From the NCBI GenBank assembly GCA_010093605.1, contig MU004181.1:2604001-2668000 (forward strand): DNA of 64,000 bases, in the 5' to 3' direction. Origin of the DNA: Lophium mytilinum. Lineage: Eukaryota. A program made the position numbers and the translations under genes. A model generated the notes under the pieces. It made no database searches. It saw only the letters and a list, made by a program, of their open reading frames with translations, and was not told the DNA's origin. Of this stretch, positions 52,205 through 64,000 are shown in pieces. Position 1 is the stretch's first letter, and each line of letters starts with the position of its first letter.

Positions 52205-55054
52205 ATGTCTGGCTCTCCTCGACCTTCCAGTCCAATTGGCTTCTACGAGTTTAGTCATGCCACCCATTCGCCGACGCTCGATGCTTCTTGGCCTCAGCTA
52301 TCCTCTCAGGAAGACACCGATGTTTCTTGGCTTCCGTTGTTCCCTCAGGAAAACACCTACGACTCCTCCTACATCCCCTTTGTAGATCCTATGAATATCC
52401 GAACGGAGGACCTTCCACACATGCCGCTACTGACCTCCCAAAGCGAGCCGCCCGAGAAGTTTTGGCCATGCCCAATCGCCACATGTCCATACCACTTGAA
52501 GGGATTCGTAAGAAAATACGACACGGATAGGCATACCTTGTCTCACTACAAGGGCACCATCGTATGCGGTTTCTGCTCAGGTTCTGGATCAAATGTCGAA
52601 AAGTCCTTCAAACGCGCAGATGTTTTCAAGCGCCACCTCCAGTACATCCACGGCGCAGAATCATTATCGCGAAACAACCGCAAGAGGTCGCGTAGGGGTA
52701 GAAAGATAAAGAAAGCCACGCAAAAGAACCTCGAAGGTTCTTGCTCGACCTGTTCTGTGGCTTTCAGCGCCCAGGCACTCTACGAACATCTCGACGACTG
52801 CCTTCTGCAATATATCAGAGAAACGGACCCGTATTATATTAGACAAACGGACCTGAAAGATAGCCCTTCGTCTTTGGCTGCAGACGTTCCAAATGGTCTG
52901 GAACCCCTTCTCGATGCTAGCGCCGCAGCGCGTCCAATTTTGCCAATACCACGGCCACTTCAGAACACGCCATGGACCGAGGGACCGCGTGCAACGCTTT
53001 GGGATACTTTGAATCCATCAAAGATTCTGTCATCTGGATCATTCGACTATCCCCATAAGTTAAAGTCTAGTAGCCTAGAAAAAAAGCGGAAACGATCAAT
53101 TTCAGTGGCTTCCTGCGAGGAAATGCCACCCCCAAAAAGTCCATTGCCACTGTCAAGCCGATCTAGTAAGTTACTAGAGCCTCTTAGGCCCACAGAGGTG
53201 GAATCCAGCCCAGCGAACAAGGAAATAATGCCCGTAACAAACGCAAAAACACATCTTACGGTCAACGCACAATACATTTCATTGAATTTGAAGTCTAAGG
53301 AAGAAATTCGAGTTCTATCCGTCATAGAGCCACAAGGTCACCAGTATAGATTGTTATCCATCAACTACGCCCAATCAAACCCACCTCCATATGTGGCGCT
53401 ATCCTACGCTTGGGGTAAACATGATATTGCAGTGGATATCTACCCACCCAATCGGATTTGGATAAACGACCAGCCCTATGACATCCGACCCAACCTTTAC
53501 GCCTTCCTCACACAGTGGGGTCCTACACTTCATATGAAGAGCCTGCCCTTGTGGGTAGATGCCGTGTGCATTGACCAAGACAACCTCGAAGAGCGCGAGA
53601 GCCAAGTTGCACAGATGCGGGAAATCTTTACTAAAGCAAAAGCCGTCTGGGCTTGGTTAGGACCCTCAAATCATGCCAGCGGTACCGCGGGGGTTTTTGA
53701 GAAGCTCTATGAATGGATAGCACGGTTTCGAGAACCCGCTGAGGATGCACGTTACAGCCCAGACTCCCTGGCAAACTATGGAGCCCCTTCTGCACCTTCG
53801 ACAAAATTCTTCTGGTCGGGACTCACCCAGATGATCACAAGAACCTGGTGGATGCGTGCGTGGATTGTCCAAGAGGTTACCTGCAATCCCTCCACTTTCT
53901 TGCTGAATGGGCCTACTTGTATGAAGTACCACGCATGGCGGGAGTCAATACTTGCCATGAACAAAAGTATTGTTCTCAAGTCAAAGATCCTTCCTGCGCA
54001 CTGGGATGCTTTTAGAGAGCACTTCAACGCAGCGATTACGTTGCTCAACCTTGGAGAACGACTCGCACAATCTAGGTCCGCTGATAAACCACCGGCAAGC
54101 GCACTTCTAGAAACATTGGAGATGATGTCTCACACCAAATGCTCGGATCCAAGAGACAAGGTATACGCCATATTAGGTCTGACTCCGGATCTGGTACGCT
54201 CAATGATTCTGCCAGACTACAAAATAGCTACCCAGAATCTATGGCTTCATGTTGCCCGATTCTTCTGCTCGTACATGCCCGACGGCCATAAACTCGAATT
54301 CCTCCGCGACTTGCCCAACGCTCGTCAGAGGCGAAGCCTCCTAGGAACGAGAACATCCGACAAACCATCTTGGATCGTCGATTGGGCAGCAGTAAACTCT
54401 GAACAGTCGCAATACTTCTCGCAATATCGAGGCAACCGCCGATACTACAACCCCGATTATTGGAACTACACTAACCCACTCATCGAGGACAGCCGCCTGA
54501 TTATCCGCGGCGCATGCATTGGCAGAGTTAATGAGGTACTCCCCTCATGGATGGCACAAGGCCACGTAGCTCCAGCCGAGCTGCGTGACGTCTGCCAAAG
54601 CATCGCCTCAACCTCAAAGCCATACCCAACCAAAGAGCCCATGGCCGACGTGGTCGACCGTACTATAATTATGGACCTAGACTGGAGCAAATGGCCCCAC
54701 GTAACGCGGGACGGTCGCGCTGAATGGAGCCAATATCTCCACGACGGAGCCAACCTTGCATCCGCAACCTATGAGAGGTGGAGACACCACGGACACTCTC
54801 TATCCATGGCTGCTAAGAACCGGCGGCTGTTCTGGACGGACAAAGGATATCTAGGCCTCGGGCCGTTGCAGCTACTGCCTGGCGACATATTGTGTGTCTT
54901 CTTTGGGAGCCAGATGCTGCAACTTCTTGGTGAGATCGCGCCGGGGCGATACGAGTACATTGGCGAATGCTATGTGCATGGCTTGATGGACGGGGAGGCA
55001 ATGTGGACGATAAACGACCAGAAGGATAATAGTGAGCTCTTCGTGATCGAGTGA
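52205..55054 (+). CDS. HET-domain (HET-6-like) protein with N-terminal C2H2-type zinc-finger module, 949 aa
   Basis: YVALSYAWG, LWVDAVCIDQDNLEERESQVAQMREIF, WWMRAWIVQEV, CSDPRDKVYAILG, PSWIVDW, IGECYVHGLMDGE; N-terminal CPIATC..H....H, CGFC..H....H and CSTC..H...C. Confidence 0.93.
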   Translation: MSGSPRPSSPIGFYEFSHATHSPTLDASWPQLSSQEDTDVSWLPLFPQENTYDSSYIPFVDPMNIRTEDLPHMPLLTSQSEPPEKFWPCPIATCPYHLKGFVRKYDTDRHTLSHYKGTIVCGFCSGSGSNVEKSFKRADVFKRHLQYIHGAESLSRNNRKRSRRGRKIKKATQKNLEGSCSTCSVAFSAQALYEHLDDCLLQYIRETDPYYIRQTDLKDSPSSLAADVPNGLEPLLDASAAARPILPIPRPLQNTPWTEGPRATLWDTLNPSKILSSGSFDYPHKLKSSSLEKKRKRSISVASCEEMPPPKSPLPLSSRSSKLLEPLRPTEVESSPANKEIMPVTNAKTHLTVNAQYISLNLKSKEEIRVLSVIEPQGHQYRLLSINYAQSNPPPYVALSYAWGKHDIAVDIYPPNRIWINDQPYDIRPNLYAFLTQWGPTLHMKSLPLWVDAVCIDQDNLEERESQVAQMREIFTKAKAVWAWLGPSNHASGTAGVFEKLYEWIARFREPAEDARYSPDSLANYGAPSAPSTKFFWSGLTQMITRTWWMRAWIVQEVTCNPSTFLLNGPTCMKYHAWRESILAMNKSIVLKSKILPAHWDAFREHFNAAITLLNLGERLAQSRSADKPPASALLETLEMMSHTKCSDPRDKVYAILGLTPDLVRSMILPDYKIATQNLWLHVARFFCSYMPDGHKLEFLRDLPNARQRRSLLGTRTSDKPSWIVDWAAVNSEQSQYFSQYRGNRRYYNPDYWNYTNPLIEDSRLIIRGACIGRVNEVLPSWMAQGHVAPAELRDVCQSIASTSKPYPTKEPMADVVDRTIIMDLDWSKWPHVTRDGRAEWSQYLHDGANLASATYERWRHHGHSLSMAAKNRRLFWTDKGYLGLGPLQLLPGDILCVFFGSQMLQLLGEIAPGRYEYIGECYVHGLMDGEAMWTINDQKDNSELFVIE

Positions 55055-55199
55055 ACAGCTGTCTACGTATCAGGTTGGATACAGTTGTTCGAATCTACGA
55101 CTACTTCACGAGATCCAACCCTAGCACCTATGCGAGCAGAATGCGATCACCCAATGCAACGCCTCTATGCATATGTCTAAATATATAGTACAGTCCGGG

Positions 55200-57961
55200 C
55201 TACCTCCCCGACCCCTCGGGCAACACCGCGTCCCTGTACACCTCCGTCAAGCTTTCCAGCTCCGTCATCCCCAGCGCCTGCTCCACGGACGTCACAAAGT
55301 GCCGCCTCCCACCACACGCCTCCACAATCCCCGACGCCTCAAAAAGCCTCCACACCTCGGTCTGCTCGCCGGGGACTCTGCAAAAGAAGACCCGCACGTC
55401 GCGGGCGCGGTACGACTCCACAATCTCTGAAAGGACCTGCGCGCCAGCACCGTCGAGGCTGGTAACGCCGTGGACGTCAAAGATGATGTTCTTGTTGTGC
55501 TCTTCCTTTCGCACACGAGGGAGGGCAGGATGCGCGGCGCCCGTGCCGTGATACTCAAGCCTCTTGAGTCGATTCTTCAACTCGCCTGTATTCGCGAACG
55601 TGAGCGGTTCGGGGATCTTGACGATCAGGCAGCCTTCGATGAACTCGAGGCGGTCAGGCTCCAGCTCCGCGTTTGCGAACTTGTCTGTAGTACCAGGCAC
55701 CCGGCCTAGGATCTGGATGCGTGGGCGGGTGCTGTGGCGGATGAGGCGCAGAATGGAGAGACCGATGCCAACCGCGATGCCTTTCTTGAGGTCCCAGAAG
55801 ATGGTCGTGGCGAAGATTACGAACATGAGGATTAGCTCGGACCAGCCTCGGATGCGCCAGAAGAAGCGGATGTCGCCGGGAGCTTCTTCGACGAGGGAGT
55901 AGGCTACGACGGATATCATAGCGCTGAGAACACCTTTCTGGGAGGGTATTAACTTCTGGAGAAACGATGATACGGGAAAAAGAGTACGCTTACTGGTAGA
56001 TAATACATGTAGGGTAATAGGAAGAAGATGCAAAGTAGAGTAATGAGGCTTAAGAAAATACTACTCATTGGAGTCGTTCCGCCAGTGGAGGCGTTGACTT
56101 TACTCCTTCCATATCCACCAAAAGCGGGCAGTGCCATAAAAAGACCACCCGTAATGTTTGCGGTCCCAAGGGCAATAAGTTCGCGGTTCGCGCTCAGAGT
56201 GACGTCGGTGATGCCCTCTTTCTTGGGGTCTCCAGATCCCAAGCTTTTTGCTGCGACGGAAGATTCAAAGAATCCAAGCAACGCGATGATCATTGCTGTA
56301 TTAAACGCGTCGGACGCGTATTTTAGATGCGAAGTTTCAAATGGGAAGTGGACAGCGAATAGCTTCCCGCTTGCTTTGACTTCGCCCAGTACACCAACAC
56401 CGTGAAGGTCCCATCTAAATCTCCACGCGAATATCGCGGATAGTACAACTACAATGAAACGGTCGGGAACGTATGCTACAGATGGGTATCGAGGTTGCAA
56501 TCGCTTTTTTGTCTCCCTAATTGCATGGATCAGCTGGTTGCCCCAATAACTCATTTAGTTCGTCTCACCTCAGAGCCATAATTATCCCAAAAGCACCGAA
56601 TGAGACGGCGCAAGTCAGACCGTTTGCCTGCTTGATGTGGCCGAAAATGAAAACGATTTTGTCTACGCAACTTCCATGAGAGACTTCTCCCGCCTCTGAT
56701 GCAAGCCGAGCCAAACCCATCTCAGGGATTAGCTGGTCTACGAAAATAACCACACCGATGGCACTGATGAAACCTCTTAGGAAGGGGCGGCTGAGAACAC
56801 TGTCGAGGAAGCCGAGCCTAAACAGCCCGGCTGCAAATATCATTCCCCCAGCCATGCATGTGACTATTCCAGCGATCTCCGCGTTTCGAGTCCCGTCGCC
56901 GTCTTCCGTCGTGCCTTTCTTAATGTTTCCGCGCACCACCTCCCCGGTCAAAAGCGATCCTGCAGCTTCAGGTCCAACTACCATTAACGGGCAGGTGCCG
57001 AGGATAGCGTAGATCAAAGGGTTGACGACGAAGCTGTAGAGTCCGTTTATTGCAGGAAGATGTCCAAGATTCGAGGCGTACGAAAGTGCCATGGGTATGT
57101 AGAAGGAGGCCATAGTCAGAGCAGCGACCAAATCGCCGCGTAAATATGCCCACTTGTACTGTCTAATCCAGTTGAATATCGGGATATAATATGCCAAATA
57201 CCTGCAGATTTCTTGGTGTTAGTTTCTAGTAGTCCTAGAAAGTTGAAGATTGGAACTGTAACGTTCACGTACATTCGCTTTTCGCTTTTGATACCATGCC
57301 GTTTTGCCAGATAACGCGTTGTGCTCATTTTCTTCCCTCGTCCGCCTCCTAGCACCCCATCTGCAACGGTATCTCCAAGGAGCGCATGCGTCACATCAGC
57401 GTGTTCGCCGGGTGCGGTGCCTAGGCCTCCTGGATACCGGCCTCCGAACCCCTCATGCGATACGTCGGACCCTATGCTCCCATAGCTTCTTACCGTGCCC
57501 GGGCGCGGAGAGAAGGTCCCATGGTTGCAGTGCTCTGAACCGCATCCTGACGCCTGGTCCCAGTGCTTGTGGCTCAGCAGCCTTGACCGCAGAGTGGACT
57601 CCAGGTCAACCTCCAATATGCCATCAATGGTCTCGGCAGGGGCTGCGTCGTCGTTGGAGTGTACTGACGCCTGGTCTAATCGAAGATGTATGCCGTCGTT
57701 GTCGAAGATAGGATCGCTGTCATTTTGGGGAGACGTCCTCGGAGACGTCTTGGGAGAGGAGTTGGAGCCCTCTGCTCCGTCGTAGTATCCGCTTTTCATG
57801 GTCGCCTCTGGCGACGGCGTGCGGCTCGCGGGCACATGAGATTCACGTAGCTGGCTAGGAGTCGCGGGGACATGGAGACTGTGCCTGTTGGTCGAGGACT
57901 TGCGGCGATGATGGCCGGAGTCTGGCGACGACGCGCCGGGGCGAGTGTTTTTGGGTGGCAT
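55200..57961 (-). CDS. SulP/SLC26 anion (sulfate) transporter with STAS domain, 4 exons
   Basis: GDLVAALTMASFYIPMALSYA, VGPEAAGSL, NRELIALG, PAFGGYGRS, LTFANTG, IIFDVHGVTSLDGAG motifs; GT-AG introns between ORF blocks. Confidence 0.93.
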
Positions 57962-58291
57962 ATCGTGCAGAAGCGCAAGCCTCAAGACTTAGCCGCGGTT
58001 CGAAGGGTGAGGGTTGCTTTTTCTATGCGGATTCGAGAGTACCCGCCTAGCACATTCATCGCTGATGGAAGCTATCGCCAGGTGGAACTATGCTACCGGC
58101 GGGGCAGATCAGCGGCGGGCAGTATGTGGAGGAGAGGATTCGATAGAAGCATCACATGCGCTATGTTGAATGGGTACGAGGGAAGGTCATGCATTTGTGC
58201 CTTTGCAAGCATGGCATTCTGGAGAACGAGCCACATGACGAAGGCCGGGCGTTTAGGGCGGTGAAAGGAATTCCTTTACTGCCCCGAGAAG

Positions 58292-58299
58292 GGAGTCAT
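58292..58299 (-). promoter_or_regulatory. ATGACTC Gcn4/CpcA-type element in the SulP/LYS1 divergent promoter
   Basis: GAGTCAT on the + strand about 150 bp upstream of the LYS1 ATG. Confidence 0.4.
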
Positions 58300-58321
58300 A
58301 TTTGTCCCGCAATTGCTATAA

Positions 58322-59718
<1,397 letters not shown>

Positions 59719-60059
59719 GGAGCAGTTGATTGACTTGCTTGATGTGAAGAATACCCCAAAAAGATCGGCCTGTATGGATTAGATAAAAGTCACTAAAATA
59801 GAACGGAGGGGACGGGATGCGGTCCCTGAGAATATGAACTACGACTTCTTGTTTTTATTTGCTTGGCCTCTATCCGAAGCTGTTATCATAGAAAACCGTA
59901 AGGTTACACCTATTAGTTACTACCAACTATTCAGGGGTCTAGGAGAAGAAATGATATACATACCTAATAAGGCTTAGACTGGCGCATTGACCAGGGCTTC
60001 ATATCTGCGATCAGCCTCATCTTCATCCCGTCCTGCTTACGCTCTGCCATTCTTCCACC

Positions 60060-61651
60060 ATGTCTCTCCTCGCACGCAGGGTGAACACTGGAGCTCATAG
60101 GACACTCCGCCACGTAAGTCGAAGCTTGAATCGATCCATCAACCAACATGCTACGTCGACCATTCGAGTTGCAACCCATCAGTCTCGTGCTTTGACTCTC
60201 AAAGATGCCGGTCTGTTCTTTGGTCTGAGTGCCGCATTTGCCGGTGGCGCTGTGATCGGAGGAATCTATGGTCCCTCTAAACCTACCGCAATTTCGCCTC
60301 AATCAGCATGTTCATCTATCAGCCCTAACGAAACTCCAAGAGATCCTTTTGCCCTAGTCAATGAACCTGTGTCTCTCAATGTACAGACTGCAACTGCAAA
60401 ACTCATCGAAAATGAGCTTAGTGTTGCTGCAAATGGGAAAAATCCAGAATCTCATACCGTGCAATTTGCTAGCAATAGTCCGGTTGAAGACCAATACGTG
60501 CAAGACGTCGCACCTGGAGCAGGCAAAACTCCATGGTGTTATTGGGGAGTTTTTGATGGGCATGCGTATGTTCACTTTCCTCATTTCTCTCTGAAATTTC
60601 TTCAACCTCGTTATATCTTTCTTCCACTTTACTAATTAAGTGCAGAGGAGCTGCAACAGGCATCCTGCTAAAGAGCACACTTGTCCCATACGTATCCAAA
60701 TCTCTATCTCAACTGTCCACTCAAAGCGCTAGCCCGTTGATCACCTCCGCCATCCAAAGCGCATTCTCAACTCTCGATGCCGACATCCTGAACACCGCCC
60801 AAAAAGCCGTCAACTCCGCATCCTCAGTTTCACCCGCCGCTCTCGCAGCGCTCGCCCCCGCCATTGCTGGCTCTTGTGCACTGCTCGCCATCTTCGACCC
60901 CCAGAGCTCCATCCTCCGCGTAGCGTGCGTTGGCGACTCGCGAGCTGTCCTCGGTCGCTACGAGTCTGCCGCTGGAAAGTACGTCGCCATGCCGCTCTCA
61001 GCCGACCAAACCGGCTTCAACGCCGCTGAAGTGGAGCGCATCAGCGCAGCCCACCCTGGCGAAATCGGCATTATTGATCCCGCGTCTGGGCGCCTGCTCG
61101 GCATCGCAGTGACTCGCGCCTTCGGCGACAGCCGGTGGAAGTGGAGTGAGCAGTTTCTGACGAAGACGCAGCTGGACTTCTGGTCGCCAGCTCCACGGAA
61201 AGGTGCTGTTACGCCGCCCTATATGACAGCTGAGCCAGTTGTTACCGAGACGCAGGTGGTTAGGGGGGAACGTGGCGACTTTGTGATTCTGGCGTCTGAC
61301 GGTCTCTGGGACCATATCAGCAGCGAGGATGCGGTGGAGTGTGTAGCGCAGTACGTTGAAGCCAGGAAGAGCGGGAAGTTCAAGTCTCTAGCTTCATCCG
61401 AAGCGAAGGCAGACGACTCCTACGATGTAGTAGGTGGCAAGCCTTTTACGCTGACGGATGACAAGTTCGTGGAGTGGCAAGCGACGCCGGAGCACTTTGT
61501 CGTCGAGGATAACAATGCGGCTACGCATTTAGTGAAGAATGCGTTTGGCGGTTCACGGAGGAGCTTGTTCTGCAGCGTTATGAGCGCTGGACAGCCACTT
61601 AGTCGGAATATTAGGGATGATATCACCGTTCAGGTTATTTTCTTTGATTAG
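60060..61651 (+). CDS. PP2C-family phosphatase, pyruvate dehydrogenase phosphatase (PTC5)-like, probably mitochondrial; one intron at about 60567-60646
   Basis: SNSPVED, VFDGHA|G, AGSCALL, VGDSRAVLG, VTRAFGD, LASDGLWD, RDDITV motifs; Arg-rich N-terminus lacking acidic clusters. Confidence 0.92.
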
Positions 61652-62126
61652 ATATGCTATGAGATCCAGTAAAGTAGTCCTATGCAACGCAGAAGCTACT
61701 CTAACCGGCCTTGTAAGCTGATCCAGTTTTCAGATTAGGTTAATAGTTATGTGGCTAATCACTGCCATATATCCAAGGCGAGGAGGCAAAAACATTTGGA
61801 GTCACTCGATGCAACGTATACATAATTTACACGCACTGTCACATGAAATATCAGAATATATAAGACTAGAAACGAATACAATTACAACTTCTTGAGATCA
61901 TATCCAGTTGACAGGCGGTAGGTGTTATGTACTAGACAATATACAGGTCACAACGTGAAGTGACTACGCTTATAAGAGCTCGGAAACTAAATAAGGAGCG
62001 TCCGTGTGGCTGGAGCAGCGAGGTGGCAAAGAGAAGGGAAACCCGTGTCTTCGTATCAATCATTGGCCTTGTTCGAAGTGGTAGCAAGATTGACCAAACG
62101 AAATACATCCCATCGTTCAATAGACA

Positions 62127-64000
62127 TTAATATGTGAAAGATTCCTCCACGAAGTCAATGTTCTTCACACAGACCCGTCGCCTTACCGCAGCCCTCACCA
62201 TATCCGCAAAGGCCCCAGGCCCGCAGACTGTGACTACCATCGCCCCGACTTGGTCCAGGATCTCCGCATCTATCACGTCGCTGGCGGTGCACCTCCCTCG
62301 CCGCACTTCTATACCCTCGGGTAAGAGTTTAGTGTCGAGGTCTGAATTCTTGCCGGACACATAGAGGATGACCTGGAGGACGTCCTTGCGATCCCGCATC
62401 GCCATAATCTCTTCCAGCCATCGCCCAGTCCACTCGAGTATGTCAGTACTGCGGATGGACCAGATGAGCACGACTCTCTGCGCGGCGGCGGTGCCAGTAG
62501 TGTGTCCGGCTAGCAGGTGACGCACGAAGGAGATCTGATGCGTGATACCGACGCCGCCGGCAAAGAGAAGCACCGTCCCGTACGAGTCCAGGGAGTTAAA
62601 CCCGCCGTAGGGCCCTTCGATTGCGCCCCAAGTAGTCAGGGTCTTATTGGGTTGAAGGGATGCTTTCTTGTGTAGGGACCGCGTCATGCCGGTGCGAGCG
62701 CGGACCACAAGAGAAACAGTACTGCTAGCTGTCTTGATTCTCAGGTCTCCAATTGAGGATGGTAGTTTTTCAGATTCGCTCGCTAGGGGCTGAGGTTCGA
62801 CCCATGCGACGGAAAATGGATGCGAGCACCAGAAAGATATCGACGGCAGGTAGACGTGGACGTGCGAGCCGGGATTCCCGGTCCAGGGGCGAGTGAGGTG
62901 AAATTTCAAGCGGCATGCCTCTCCAGGAAGAGCTTCGACCGTAGTCTTAGTGATTGCTCGGTTTCTGAATAGCCCGGAGGTATTGAAGTACACGACTCGG
63001 AAGAATCGGAAAACATATTCGGCGGCCAGGATAGCGATGATGATATAGGCCCAATACAACTGTGGCAGTGCGTGCTGCTTCAAGTGCCAGTATACGCCAA
63101 TGATCACGTGGATGATCAAAACGCGATGGATAACAAGGAACGTCTCGTAGAATGCGTGTCGCAAAGGAGACCACGTTTGGATCGTTATCAGCAAGAACGC
63201 GATGGAGGCCATGAGCCCCCATTTATAACTTGCAGCTTGGTTTATGATCCACATTGCGCCTTTCCAGTCTCCGACCCTCAAAGTATTGTAGAGCCATGCC
63301 GCAATATGGGCCAAAACCTCCAGAAAGACGATAGTTGCTAGCCACCGATGGAAGAGATTGAATGTGTCGTAGCTGATATGAAATATCCAAATAAATGGAT
63401 TGTTTCGGAGTGCGAAGAGGATCGTTGGGATGAGGTTCAGTACTGCTAGAGTACCAGACCGACCTCGTAGTGTTGCAACGAGAAACGGTGCGTCGGCAGT
63501 TTTCCAAGGTAGAATCAAACAATATGCTAGATTAGATGCGAAGTACCCTAATAAGAGTATTGTGTGCATCCGTGAAGGTAGTGTACCAAATGTTATGGCA
63601 CTGGACAGTTGAATTTCGGAGTTGTGGCGATTTTTCCAAAGAGGGGCATATAACAGGTGTTCCTTCAATCGAGGGAACCATTTCCAGCGGTTCGTGGCCC
63701 ATATTGCTTGCCTAGCCGGGTTTGTCGCCGCAGCAACATGTCGTCTTTCTGCTTGAAACCCACGTCCTACTCGATACACGAGAATGACAATAGTGACAAG
63801 AAGTAGAGTCGTAAGCAAAACGTTGACAAGGAGATTGTTTTGAGGTTGATTGACTCCGCTTAGGCCATGGGAATATCTACAATATGTTAGCAATGGGGCG
63901 CAGAAATGCTGAAAGAATTGTAATACTTGTACTGGTCGTCAGGGTGTGTAGGAGCGTAAATATCGTTTATATCTACATGTGTTGGGTAAGAGGCCTGGAC
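62127..64000 (-). CDS. Ferric reductase (FRE-like) transmembrane component, 5'-truncated by the window edge
   Basis: RNNP, FHRW, YETFLVIH, HPFS (FAD), EGPYG, FAGGVGIT, VCGPGAFAD, EESFTY motifs; an intron near 63878-63927 links to a further open exon reaching the window end. Confidence 0.93.

Overview
Genomic DNA of a filamentous ascomycete (spliceosomal introns with CTRAC/CTRAY branch sites, RIP-mutated repeats; Dothideomycete-like by inference). The first ~7.5 kb has no recognisable intact gene. It is followed by mostly housekeeping genes: TOK1 K+ channel, two hypothetical proteins (one spliced to end in a CaaX box), neutral trehalase (with a GC-AG intron), NADP-isocitrate dehydrogenase, a histidine phosphatase, C1-THF synthase, an MFS sugar transporter and a GH128 glucanase. 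Positions 42001-52030 are a heavily RIP-mutated AT-rich island. It is a non-coding 1.7-kb foldback element with 754-bp inverted arms, and a complete 8.3-kb Ty3/Gypsy chromovirus (221-bp LTRs, CTATA TSD) has inserted into its left arm. The retroelement's Pol frame carries tandem AT-hook motifs between RNase H and integrase. The island separates a decayed HET gene from an intact zinc-finger/HET fusion gene. The window ends with SulP, LYS1, a PP2C phosphatase and a ferric reductase that runs off the edge. A 249-bp MITE with CACAGTG termini lies at 35178-35426. All alignments and translations were done by eye; no database searches were run.
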